A DNA stretch of 64,000 bases. It comes from Eukaryota sp. TZLM1-RC (Eukaryota > Protista > Metamonada: BaSk clade). How positions within the stretch are numbered: the first letter of the stretch is position 1; every line of letters starts with the position of its first letter. Where the stretch lies: NCBI GenBank assembly GCA_040285825.1, contig JAUPSS010000004.1, positions 1,592,550-1,656,549 of the forward strand, in the 5' to 3' direction. Made by a program: the position numbers and the translations under genes. Below, piece by piece: positions 1 to 10,021 of this stretch. The notes beneath the pieces are model-generated. The model was not told the DNA's origin, made no database searches, and saw only the letters and a list, made by a program, of their open reading frames with translations.

Positions 1-1906
1 ACACACAATTTCACAAAGTTTGATCACAAGTTGATCACATCTAGTACATAAAGACTACATGCAACTCATCTAATCATACCAATGACCATTCAACCAATCA
101 TACCAATGACTAATCAAATGACCATAGCACGGACTTTAACACCACAATTGTTATATTAATTGTCCCAAAATGGACTTTAAAGATTTGACCACTGATTGTA
201 ATAAACAACCATTGGTCAATATACGAAACTAGGAACTTCATATGAGCCTCAGTAAATCGTATCAAAAACGATACTCTTACACTTACAGCAATTGTTTTAT
301 TAGTTTACAACATTCAATTGTATACTTTTTGATTTTTTTACTTTTTTTACAATTTAATGTTTAAAAATTAATACACTCAATTAATTCAAATATATACAAA
401 AATCATTTGAAAATGTAATCATGAGTTTGTACTGATCAAGTAACACATAGCCAACATTACTCACACACAATTTCACACAAAGTTTGATCACAAGTTGATC
501 ACATCTAGTACATAAGGACTACATGCAACTCACCAAATCACACCAATGACCATTCAACCAATCAAACCAATGACTACTCAAATGACCATAGCACGGACTT
601 TAACACCACAATTGTTATATTAATTGTCCCAAAATGGACTTTCAGATTTGACCAATGATTGTAATAAACAACCATTGGTCAATATACGAAACTAGGAACT
701 TCATATGAGCCTCAGTAAATCGTATCAAAAACGATACTCTTACACTTACAGCAATTGTTTTATTAGTTTACAACATTCAATTGTATACTTTTTGATTTTT
801 ACTTTTTTTACAATTTAATGTTTAAAAATTAATACACTCAATTAATTCAAATATATACAAAATCATTTGAAAATGTAATCATGAGTTTGTACTGATCAAG
901 TAACACATAGCCAACATTACTCACACACAATTTCACACAAAGTTTGATCACAAGTTGATCACATCTAGTACATAAGGACTACATCATGCAACTCACCAAA
1001 TCACACCAATGACCATTCAACCAATCAAACCAATGACTACTCAAATGACCATAGCACGGACTTTAACACCACAATTGTTATATTAATTGTCCCAAAATGG
1101 ACTTTAAAGATTTGACCAATGATTGTAATAAACAACCATTGGTCAATATACGAAACTAGGAACTTCATATGAGCCTCAGTAAATCGTATCAAAAACAATA
1201 CTCTTACACTTACAGCAATGGTTTTATTAGTTTGCAACATTCATCTGTATTCTTTTTGATTTTTTACTTTTTTTACAATTTAATGTTTAAAAATTAATAC
1301 ACTCAATTAATTCAAATATATACAAAATCATTTGAAAATGTAATCATGAGTTTGTACTGATCAAGTAACACATAGCCAACATTACTCACACACAATTTCA
1401 CACAAAGTTTGATCACAAGTTGATCACATCTAGTACATAAGGACTACATCATGCAACTCACCAAATCACACCAATGACCATTCAACCAATCAAACCAATG
1501 ACTACTCAAATGACCATAGCACGGACTTTAACACCACAATTGTTATATTAATTGTCCCAAAATGGACTTTTAAAGATTTGACCAATGATTGTAATAAACA
1601 ACCATTGGTCAATATACGAAACTAGGAACTTCATATGAGCCTCAGTAAATCGTATCAAAAACAATACTCTTACACTTACAGCAATGGTTTTATTAGTTTG
1701 CAACATTCATCTGTATTCTTTTTGATTTTTTTACTATTTTTACAATTTAATGTTAAAAATTAATACACTCAATTAATTCAAATATATACAAAATCATTTG
1801 AAAATGTAATCATGAGTATGTACTGATCAAGTAACACAAAGCCAACATTACTCACACACAATTTCACACAAAGTTTGATCACAAGTTGATCACATCTAGT
1901 ACATAG
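1..1906. repeat. Tandem satellite, ~460-465 bp unit, ~4.1 copies visible (runs off the left edge)
   Basis: Anchor ACACACAATTTCAC(AC)AAAGTTTGATCACAAGTTGATCACATCTAGTACATA recurs at ~1, 463, 923, 1388 and 1854. Units are nearly identical, A/C-rich on the + strand, with no credible ORF. Confidence 0.97.
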
Positions 1907-2619
1907 AAAATCTTTTGAAAATTTGTTACTCTGGAAAGATTACACATTTACTACGTTCTCTTCCTCCTTCTTTGACCTACATTTATTGTAGACAATTTAA
2001 CAAAATTCGGACAGATTTTTTAGTGTTTTTAATGTCTGTTGATCCAACAATTTTGTAAAAATCATAATTTTTCAGATACTCAACTGGGAGGTATTGGATT
2101 CATCAAAACTTTTAACAAAAGCTGCATTTCTCGGTGGTGGGAAATATTTTGTTTTTGAATTTGGTAGATAACCTTTTGCTGATAATTTACTTGATACTAC
2201 GAAAAATATTTTTCTTGACAACTTGAGAGAAGAAGTGTCAACTTTATCCCCCGATTTGGGACAATTATGTTTTCCAGAAAGTATCAAAGATATTCCAGAA
2301 AGAAGTTTGTTTTCTTTAAAATTTGCATTAAAGAAACTCCAAGGACATTTGTTAAAAAAAATTAAAAGTCAAGATTTTGATGTTCGTCTTAGTACGGCTA
2401 AGCAAGAAAATCCTGCTTTTGCTATTTTTCTAATTAATTTAAAGGAGAGCTCTTGTGGTGCTTTTATTAATCAGATTCCACAGATTTATGGCTTGTTTTG
2501 ATGATGAATGAACTACGACTATGAGAATGCGATGACATTTGTGGCCCTGTAATTTACCAAATGACCTATATTGCAAATGTGGTTCCCAGCTGACTTTGTC
2601 ACACTTATTTAATTATAAT
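1907..2619 (+). mobile_element. Decayed non-LTR retrotransposon (RLE/CRE-like), left half of the copy split by Gypsy element A
   Basis: Translates (with frameshifts) to KICYSGKITHLLRSL...AAFLGGGK...IPQIYGL...CKCGSQLTLSHLFN, matching the other RLE copies in the window. Confidence 0.85.
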
Positions 2620-2773
2620 TGTTAGTCTTGAATAGTATTTATAGTTAATAGTTTAGTTATTAGTATTCCGCCTGTTAGCTTAAGAAGAGGGAATACAATT
2701 CCTCTTCGTAATAAATTACACTTCTGTTACTCTACATTGTATGTCTGACAATAACCAACAGCCAAGACCATCA
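2620..2773 (+). repeat. 5' LTR of element A (154 bp)
   Basis: TGTTAGTCTTG...CAAGACCATCA with imperfect terminal inverted repeat; direct repeat of 9869-10021. Confidence 0.95.
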
Positions 2774-3592
2774 ATACGTATTGGGTCGTCCCCGGCTCAG
2801 CGTAGGATCCTTGAGGAAGAGACTGGTCCCTCTTCCTCACCACTAACCACAGACCCTGCTTCCGTGCCTCCTTCTTCGGTTGAAGCTTCTGCGCTTCCTG
2901 AAGCAACTCTTCCCGAGGGTTCTACCCCAAGGGAAGATAGTTCCCTTCCTGAGGATTCCATTCCAATGGAAGGAAGTTCCTCTCCTCGGGATTCCGTTCC
3001 TGCAGAAGGAGACAACCCTTCTAAGGATTCTATTCCTTCTGAAGGAAGAAGTCCTTCATTGGTCTCCTACGACGATGAAGATGTTGAGGATTCCGTTGCT
3101 CCTCTTCCCCCTTCGCAATTGGGGAGATCCAAAGTCACACCTTCTCCCCTTCCTGGAAGAAGTTCTGAAGTGACACCTTCACCTTCTACTGAGAGCAGAG
3201 AGACTGTTCAACCTTCTCTCACTGCAAAAGAAGGATTGGAAGACCAACCCTCTTCCTCCTCTAAGAAGGCCATTGAAGTACCATCTTCATCCCTTCCTTC
3301 CAGTTCTGAGGTTCCACCCTCTCACTCTCAACAGCTTCTCCCTGCAGTTCCAACTGTTAGGAGAACTATTCAAAATCCTGCTGTCCCAACTTCAGGATCT
3401 CCTCTTACTACATCAACAGTAAGAGGAGTTAACAATCTGTTTGTTTCCCCTCCCCAGGCTAGAGATTCCACTCCTAGCACACCAAATTTTCCTTCGCATC
3501 TTTCCGAAGAGCAAAGGAAGAGGTATGAACTATTATTTTCAGATCTGGTTGACTATGAGGAACCTCCCAGGGAATTTTTTCACACAGCTTAA
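2741..3592 (+). CDS. N-terminal Ser/Pro-rich segment of the element A polyprotein, cut off by one in-frame TAA
   Basis: ATG lies inside the 5' LTR. Same frame as 3896-9874, and 3593-3895 is open in that frame. Contains ~12-aa S/P/E repeats. Confidence 0.75.
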   Translation: MSDNNQQPRPSIRIGSSPAQRRILEEETGPSSSPLTTDPASVPPSSVEASALPEATLPEGSTPREDSSLPEDSIPMEGSSSPRDSVPAEGDNPSKDSIPSEGRSPSLVSYDDEDVEDSVAPLPPSQLGRSKVTPSPLPGRSSEVTPSPSTESRETVQPSLTAKEGLEDQPSSSSKKAIEVPSSSLPSSSEVPPSHSQQLLPAVPTVRRTIQNPAVPTSGSPLTTSTVRGVNNLFVSPPQARDSTPSTPNFPSHLSEEQRKRYELLFSDLVDYEEPPREFFHTA

Positions 3593-3895
3593 CCTCCGGT
3601 TCCTCCCACGGAACATGTTCCTGAAATTGATAGAGAAACTGGTGAGGTTTTTAAAAAATATTTAGAACGTTACTTCCATGAAGATCGAATCTGGAAACTC
3701 AAGAACAGACTGGAAAGAGAGTTACAGGCTGGAAGAGGAACATCCTCTACACTTGCCGAACACACCCCTTCTCAAACTAGCTCCTACGCTAGCTCAAGTG
3801 TTCATCATGGTGCTTCCCGTCAGCACAACCCTTACGCTAGATATAGGGACACACGAGTCATTCCAGAGGACCCAGAGGCCATCCCTCCCACGGAG

Positions 3896-6800
3896 ATGAG
3901 CAACAAGCGTCCTCCTTTCTACGGTCCCAAAGTCGAGAACGACTTAGGAATATGGATCTCTCCCAGAATTGGTCCGTTTCTTTCCGATGAAAAGATCACC
4001 CCAGAAACCTCCAGGAATGACCCTGAACCAACTTATGAACCAAGACACGGAGTTAGGTTCATGAGAACTACTCGAGAAGGAGTATTCAGACGCTTCGCTG
4101 GAGATGAAGACAACCTCTTCTTAAATGTTTACAACCCTTGCCCATACCCTAGGTTCAGCCCTGGGTACAACGCATCTCTCGATATCCTTATCGACAGAGA
4201 TTATAGAACAGGGTGGTGGTTTACCGAAACCACATATGGTGAAAGACTCTTTCTATATGATAGACGTCCTGATCATATAGCGTCATATTGTGGTCCCGAC
4301 CACAGAAGATCTGGCAATCTTCAAAGAGCCCTCCAGCTCGTCACCGTTTTCCCTGGATGCATAGAATCCAGGATGTTAAAGTGGGTAATGGTAGAAGGTC
4401 GTATAGAGAAAACACGCTTGGTTCAACCAGCGATATCTTCTTATCAGGTTCCAGCCCAGATTGAAGAGACAGTACCTTCCCCTGAACCTCAACAGAGTGA
4501 AGCTCCATCTTCCTCCGCTCAACCTCCTGAATCACCACAACCTCCTATGGAAACTGATTCATTTCCTATCACGGAAACCTCTAACCCCAACCAATCTGCT
4601 ATGGAACAAGCTGACGACGACGTTGTCACTGTGAGCAGTGAATCACCCACCCCCATCACATCTTCTGATGCAGTACCTGCTCCCATCACTCCTGTTAGTC
4701 GAGCTCCTCAACCCCTACCTACACCTTCCACGACAGGTTCAACATCCTCCATTTCCTCACATCATTCACCTTTCTCGGGCACATACGAAAGTAGCCTTCT
4801 CCTCTCTTCAATGATTGGATCAAGAGATCGAGATGACAGACGTAGGGACCGTCCTAAACGTCCATATCTTGAGGCTTGTGATTTGAGAAACGCTGATAAA
4901 CTCCTAAAGTTTGTCAACAAATTCATTCTCTGGAGTCGTACCGACCGAGTCTTAAGAGAAACGAGAGGTAACGTTGAGGATCCAGCCCAGATAGCTCTAG
5001 CTAACGAAGTTGCCAGACTACGTGAAGAATTAGAACTAGCTAGAGAAGGTTCCCAACCACCGATCGACGAGTATTTTGGTAACATCACTGGAGAACCAGT
5101 TCACGAATGGGACTTGTTCCGTCAAGCCATGAGGATCAACCCCCGAGGCCTCGCTGAATGTGTCACCCCCGAGGTGTTAAATGCGCTACGATACCAAGGT
5201 GCTCACCTAGCTATCTCTTCTCCTACGGTCCCTACCTCAAGAGATGAACGCATCATTTGGGCTCAAATTCTAAGAAGAACCCAATTCAGCAGACTGGATG
5301 AGGCTAATCGAGCTCTCCTCGCAACCAACATGGACTGGTCGGAAAGAGATTATGGCATTAGATGGATTGACTTCATGGTCAACATAGGCAGAGTTCTGAC
5401 TCGCTCCACCGCCATCCAAGAATTTAGGGGCATCTCTCAACAATTGAGATCATTCTCCATAAGCTCCACTCCTCCAGCTGATAGACTTCCAGACTGGGTA
5501 GTTGCTACTCATGTCTTAGAAAGCGTAGGAATTATCCCTATCAGAGACAGACTCCTCAGGATCTGGTCCTCTCCCTCCCACTACTCATGTGATGGGCACA
5601 CCCTTGGCGAATTCTTTAGTGTTCTTCAAATTGAATACGAGAATTTCTGTAACGCCAGATCGTTTATGGAACAACTGAACCATGTCAATTTCACCTATCA
5701 GAACCAATTAACTCACCAACAGGCCTCTCGCCGACCTCCCATGGTCGTTCCCTCCCCACCTGACATCCCCAGACCACGAGGTTCTGGTCCAGGTAAACGC
5801 CCAAAACAAAGTAAGAGAGGAGGAAGCCTACCACAATCGTCTTCCCAGGCCGCTGATGTCCAATGCAACTTCTGTAAGCAAAAGGGCCATCCGACCGAAA
5901 GGTGCCCCAGCGAAGACTGCCAAAGGAGCAAGAAGTGGAGAGAGCAACAAGCTCAACAACAAGTTCGAGGTAGAAGTTCTAGAGGTTCTGGTTTCCGTAG
6001 TCGAAGAGGTACTCGCGGCAGAGGCAGAGGCTCTTCTTACAATAAACGTTCCCGTCACTATTTATGTACTTTAGAAACCATACCCCCTACAACAACAACA
6101 CAACCACACACAGAAAGTTCAGCATGGAAAGATTCTCTTATCAATCCACTTGCCAACTTGGAACCTACCAAGACACTGAACAGTCAGGCTCACTTCTTCT
6201 CAGAACAAGCCGACTTAAATGGACATGACTCTGATACAATTTTCATGGTACAATCCATGAATCACAACTGCCTACAATTAAACTTCTTGATCAACAATGT
6301 CGAAGTTAAAGGCATAATTGACTCTGGTGCAACATGCTCAGTAGTCACGGAAGACGTCATCAGTAATTGTAACATGGCACGTTCCAACGAAACCATTTCA
6401 TACAACATTGCTGATGGAACTACCTCACAGTCCCTTGGTACTGCTTCTGGAACCCTTAGCATTAGACTAGGTAGTGTTACCCAGATTGTACACGTGAAAC
6501 ACAAGTTCAGCATCGTTCCTGGACATGAGACCATTCTCATTGGTGCTGACTTGTTGAGTCACCTTGGGCTGATGAACAACAAGGGCATTTACATTAGAAT
6601 AGACGACGCCTGTCGCACATTACTATTACCTGAAGCTGAATTCGATCATCGAATATCACAAGCTTCGGAAGTCGTCAACGTTTCCACACGTTGGTTGGAA
6701 CACATCAACTCATCTGGTTGTACCATCAACCTCGACAACGACCATTTCAAGAAGTCCCTACTTCAAACTTTGAAGGAGTTCGAAGACGTATTTACCCTCA

Positions 6801-9800
6801 AGCCTCATGCTGAAGGTATTGATTGCCCTCCCATGGAAATCAACTTCTACAACGAAGACGTCAGAGTTAGAAGACCCCCCAGGACCCTGAATCCAGCCAG
6901 GCTAGAGGTCGCTAACCGAATTTTCGACGAACTCGTAGACTCAGGATTTGCTGTCCCATCGAACCATGAGTTCAGCTCCCCTGTCTGTCTAGTGGTCTAC
7001 CCAGATCACCGTAAGCCCCGCCTTACCGGTGACTATAGTGGCAAGGACGGAGTCAACGCCAACACCATTCCTGTTGAGCCCAACCTTCCAAGGATCTCCG
7101 ATGTGCTGGTATTTCTCTCCCAAGCGAACTACATAGGCACCCTTGACCTCCCCAAAGCCTTTTGGCAACTCAAGATTGCCGAAAAGGATTGGCAGAAAAC
7201 AGCCCTGAGCATTTTTGGCAAAAGCATCATGTTCAAACGTGCAGCTTTTGGCCTAAAGAATGTCCCAGCCGTTTTCCAAAACGTCATGGCTGACATCTTC
7301 TCGGGAGACGGTGTCTTCATTTACATAGATGACATCATAATCATAGGTTCAACCTTTGACGAATTTATTGAACGCCTCCGTCGCGTCCTTGATCAAGCCA
7401 GATGCAAAAGAGTTTCCTTGGGACTTCCAAAGTGCCATTTCGTGTCATCCAGACACCCAATCAAGATACTGGGCAGTGTTTTCCAAAACAAACAGCGGAC
7501 TATCGATCCCACTCGCGTTGAATCTTTGCTGAATCTACCTAGACCAAAGACAATCAAAGACGTCCGCAGCCTCGTAGGATCAGTCAACTTCATTAGAGAA
7601 TGGCTTCCTCAGGTATCTGAGCTCATCGCTCCTATCATCAGATTGACTAAGAAGGATGGAAATAACTCCAAAGTTAAACCCAAACCCCGCGCGCAACGCC
7701 TTCAATGGACCGACATGCACGACGGACTCCTTCAAAAGATCAAACAACTGATAGCGAAGCACATGCCGCTCAGCTTACCTCCGCTGGAAAACCAAATTTT
7801 AATTAGTTGCGACGCATCCGACATTGCTGTAGGCGGCGTCATTTGGGAACAAATCGAACAAGTCGACGACCCCGGTACCCCCCTGATCAACAGGAAATGT
7901 AGGCCTATCAGCTTCTTCAGCCGGTTGTTAACCAACTCGCAAAAGAACTGGCCGACAAACCAAAAGGAACTCTATGCTATCCTACTCATGTTAACTCAAA
8001 GTGGTTTTGAAAACTACTTGAAAGGAAAGAAACTGGTTATATTCACAGACCATCAAAACCTTACCTACATGTTCACGGCTCCTGTGAAGAACAGAATTGC
8101 AACAAGATGGTTACCCATATTTTCTGAATTCTGCTTTGATTTGGTACATACCAAAGGGGAAGATAACTTCTGGGCTGATATGTTGTCTCGAATAGTTCCG
8201 CCTATAGACCATCAAGAGATCAATCATTTGTCCCATCAAATGCCTCCTAATTTTCATCCAATATTTTACATTGATAAAATTGATGGAACAGAAAATGAAA
8301 GATACTACATCGAAGACTTAAACAACTTCGAACGTATCATGGTCATCAGAGAACGATGTTCCAACGACCTGCCTATTTTCGAGCCATGGCTCTGTAGGAT
8401 TAGGTCCGAACAGAAGCTTGCCATAGCTTCCAAAGACCCCTCTTTCAACAACTGTGTTCATAACAATCATCTTGATTTATATATGACTCACGACAACAAG
8501 ATAGTGATTCCCAAATCACTCATTAAGGACACCCTTAACTTGTTGCATGGACTTCTGCAAGGAGGTCATCCAAGCAAAGCTGAAAGCCTAAACAAGCTCA
8601 GGAACAGCGACTATTGGTGGCCAAACATGCTCACCGACATGAATAAGCACGTCCAAGAATGCCCCTCCTGTCAGAAAACAAAGCCAGTTCCAAAACTGCA
8701 TGTTCCCCCAACCGGTTCATTGTGGGCTGACAGACCTTTTGCTCGCGTCAACGCCGACGTCATTGGTCCTCTTCCAGAAGACCAAGAAGGCTACAAATAC
8801 ATCCTCGTATTTATTGACAGCTTCTTTAGGTTCACGATCATCGTGCCTTTAAAAGAGATAAATGCCAATCTTACTGCAGATGCATTAATTTGGAAAGTCT
8901 GTGCCATCTTTGGTATTCCATTTCAAATCCACAGCGATAATGGACCCGAATTTTCCAAGGCTGTCTTTGACGAATTAAGCAAATTTTTGGGCATAGAGGT
9001 GTCAAAGTCAATACCTAGGTTTTCTCCGTCCAACGGCTTGGTAGAGCGCCGACACAGAGACATCCTGCAAAACCTACGGAAATTGCTCGTAGACTTCAAT
9101 GCCTACGATGTGTGGTCTGAATACTTGCCTTATGTGCAATTATTGATCAACTCTTCCAAGAGCTCAATAACCAACCACACCCCATACCAAGTGATCTTTG
9201 GCTCAGATGTGTCCCCCAGATCAGACCCTGGCAAAATTCTTGAAATCATTGAAAGCTCGACGTCTGAGTCATCTTTTATTCAAGAAATTCAATCTAAATT
9301 TCGAAGATTGAAAGAGAAACAGGAAAAGGCAGCACACCATCAAGCTTCCAAAGCTTCCAAGCTAACTAGATCGTCAACTCCAAACCCTTTTGAAGTTGGT
9401 CAATTGGTATTGAGAGCATCTGGCTCTTCCGCTAAGCTTCATGGAGACTATTTAGGACCCTTCCTAATTACTGAAATCGTATCCAATTCGTCTGTGAATA
9501 TTAAGAACCTCTGCACAGGTACGATTGTCCAAGCTAGCGTCAAACATTTAGCACCCTGGCACTCCAGCTTGCCCACCAACGATGAGTTCCACTCCTGGGT
9601 CGCTGCAGGTGATGTCGAAGAACACATCATTGAAAAAGTGCTCAGTCAGGATGGTGACTTTTGCCAAGTGCAATGGCCTGGAAAAGAGATCACCACTGAA
9701 CATGTGTCTACAGTCCAAAATACTGCCGCGTATAAAGACTTTATCAAGACTTCAAAAGCACGTCGCCGTACTAAATTCGCTCCTCCCAAGAAGCGTCATA

Positions 9801-9874
9801 TTTCCATTAGTTCACCTCCTGTGACTAGAGCTTCCAGGGCTCGTCGCTCGAAAGAGAGGAAAAGGCAGTGTTAG
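3896..9874 (+). CDS. Gag-Pol polyprotein (Zn knuckle, aspartic protease, RT, RNase H, integrase, chromodomain-like tail)
   Basis: CNFCKQKGHPTERC; IIDSGA; LDLPKAFWQ, FGLKNVP, YIDD; CDASD, ELYA, TDHQNL; GHP..CPSC, NAD, HSDNGPEF, NGLVER; GPF; IEKVL..QVQWPG..TTE. Confidence 0.95.
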   Translation: MSNKRPPFYGPKVENDLGIWISPRIGPFLSDEKITPETSRNDPEPTYEPRHGVRFMRTTREGVFRRFAGDEDNLFLNVYNPCPYPRFSPGYNASLDILIDRDYRTGWWFTETTYGERLFLYDRRPDHIASYCGPDHRRSGNLQRALQLVTVFPGCIESRMLKWVMVEGRIEKTRLVQPAISSYQVPAQIEETVPSPEPQQSEAPSSSAQPPESPQPPMETDSFPITETSNPNQSAMEQADDDVVTVSSESPTPITSSDAVPAPITPVSRAPQPLPTPSTTGSTSSISSHHSPFSGTYESSLLLSSMIGSRDRDDRRRDRPKRPYLEACDLRNADKLLKFVNKFILWSRTDRVLRETRGNVEDPAQIALANEVARLREELELAREGSQPPIDEYFGNITGEPVHEWDLFRQAMRINPRGLAECVTPEVLNALRYQGAHLAISSPTVPTSRDERIIWAQILRRTQFSRLDEANRALLATNMDWSERDYGIRWIDFMVNIGRVLTRSTAIQEFRGISQQLRSFSISSTPPADRLPDWVVATHVLESVGIIPIRDRLLRIWSSPSHYSCDGHTLGEFFSVLQIEYENFCNARSFMEQLNHVNFTYQNQLTHQQASRRPPMVVPSPPDIPRPRGSGPGKRPKQSKRGGSLPQSSSQAADVQCNFCKQKGHPTERCPSEDCQRSKKWREQQAQQQVRGRSSRGSGFRSRRGTRGRGRGSSYNKRSRHYLCTLETIPPTTTTQPHTESSAWKDSLINPLANLEPTKTLNSQAHFFSEQADLNGHDSDTIFMVQSMNHNCLQLNFLINNVEVKGIIDSGATCSVVTEDVISNCNMARSNETISYNIADGTTSQSLGTASGTLSIRLGSVTQIVHVKHKFSIVPGHETILIGADLLSHLGLMNNKGIYIRIDDACRTLLLPEAEFDHRISQASEVVNVSTRWLEHINSSGCTINLDNDHFKKSLLQTLKEFEDVFTLKPHAEGIDCPPMEINFYNEDVRVRRPPRTLNPARLEVANRIFDELVDSGFAVPSNHEFSSPVCLVVYPDHRKPRLTGDYSGKDGVNANTIPVEPNLPRISDVLVFLSQANYIGTLDLPKAFWQLKIAEKDWQKTALSIFGKSIMFKRAAFGLKNVPAVFQNVMADIFSGDGVFIYIDDIIIIGSTFDEFIERLRRVLDQARCKRVSLGLPKCHFVSSRHPIKILGSVFQNKQRTIDPTRVESLLNLPRPKTIKDVRSLVGSVNFIREWLPQVSELIAPIIRLTKKDGNNSKVKPKPRAQRLQWTDMHDGLLQKIKQLIAKHMPLSLPPLENQILISCDASDIAVGGVIWEQIEQVDDPGTPLINRKCRPISFFSRLLTNSQKNWPTNQKELYAILLMLTQSGFENYLKGKKLVIFTDHQNLTYMFTAPVKNRIATRWLPIFSEFCFDLVHTKGEDNFWADMLSRIVPPIDHQEINHLSHQMPPNFHPIFYIDKIDGTENERYYIEDLNNFERIMVIRERCSNDLPIFEPWLCRIRSEQKLAIASKDPSFNNCVHNNHLDLYMTHDNKIVIPKSLIKDTLNLLHGLLQGGHPSKAESLNKLRNSDYWWPNMLTDMNKHVQECPSCQKTKPVPKLHVPPTGSLWADRPFARVNADVIGPLPEDQEGYKYILVFIDSFFRFTIIVPLKEINANLTADALIWKVCAIFGIPFQIHSDNGPEFSKAVFDELSKFLGIEVSKSIPRFSPSNGLVERRHRDILQNLRKLLVDFNAYDVWSEYLPYVQLLINSSKSSITNHTPYQVIFGSDVSPRSDPGKILEIIESSTSESSFIQEIQSKFRRLKEKQEKAAHHQASKASKLTRSSTPNPFEVGQLVLRASGSSAKLHGDYLGPFLITEIVSNSSVNIKNLCTGTIVQASVKHLAPWHSSLPTNDEFHSWVAAGDVEEHIIEKVLSQDGDFCQVQWPGKEITTEHVSTVQNTAAYKDFIKTSKARRRTKFAPPKKRHISISSPPVTRASRARRSKERKRQC
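9850..9868 (+). promoter_or_regulatory. 3' polypurine tract of element A
   Basis: GAAAGAGAGGAAAAGGCAG directly abutting the TG of the 3' LTR. Confidence 0.9.
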
Positions 9875-10021
9875 TCTTGAATAGTATTTATAGTTAATAG
9901 TTAGTTATTAGTATTCCGCCTGTTAGCTTAAGAAGAGGGAATACAATTCCTCTTCGTAATAAATTACACTTCTGTTACTCTACATTGTATGTCTGACAAT
10001 AACCAACAGCCAAGACCATCA
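9869..10021 (+). repeat. 3' LTR of element A (153 bp)
   Basis: Direct repeat of 2620-2773, followed by TSD TAAT. Confidence 0.95.

Larger units (their letters stand above)
2620..10021 (+). mobile_element. Full-length Ty3/Gypsy chromovirus-like LTR retrotransposon, family A (7.4 kb), recent insertion
   Basis: LTRs 2620-2773 and 9869-10021 (TG...CA) differ by one T indel. 4-bp TSD TAAT at 2616-2619 and 10022-10025. PPT GAAAGAGAGGAAAAGGCAG precedes the 3' LTR. Domain order gag-PR-RT-RH-IN-chromo. Confidence 0.97.

Noticed and set aside
1-1906. CRISPR array, rDNA or Helitron interpretation of the left repeat; ORF 1037-1240
   Set aside because: No repeat-spacer structure and no recognisable rRNA. 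The array edge does not fall at CTAG. The ORF is a chance frame in the satellite.
3590-3592. Alternative genetic code (TAA=Gln) explaining the in-frame stop
   Set aside because: Recognisable host genes (TTC5, FCF2, MORN5) end at TAA and have no internal TAA or TAG.
4341-9824. Many short antisense or alternate-frame ORFs overlapping the gag-pol genes, the array and host genes
   Set aside because: Shadow ORFs of real coding frames, with no independent motifs.
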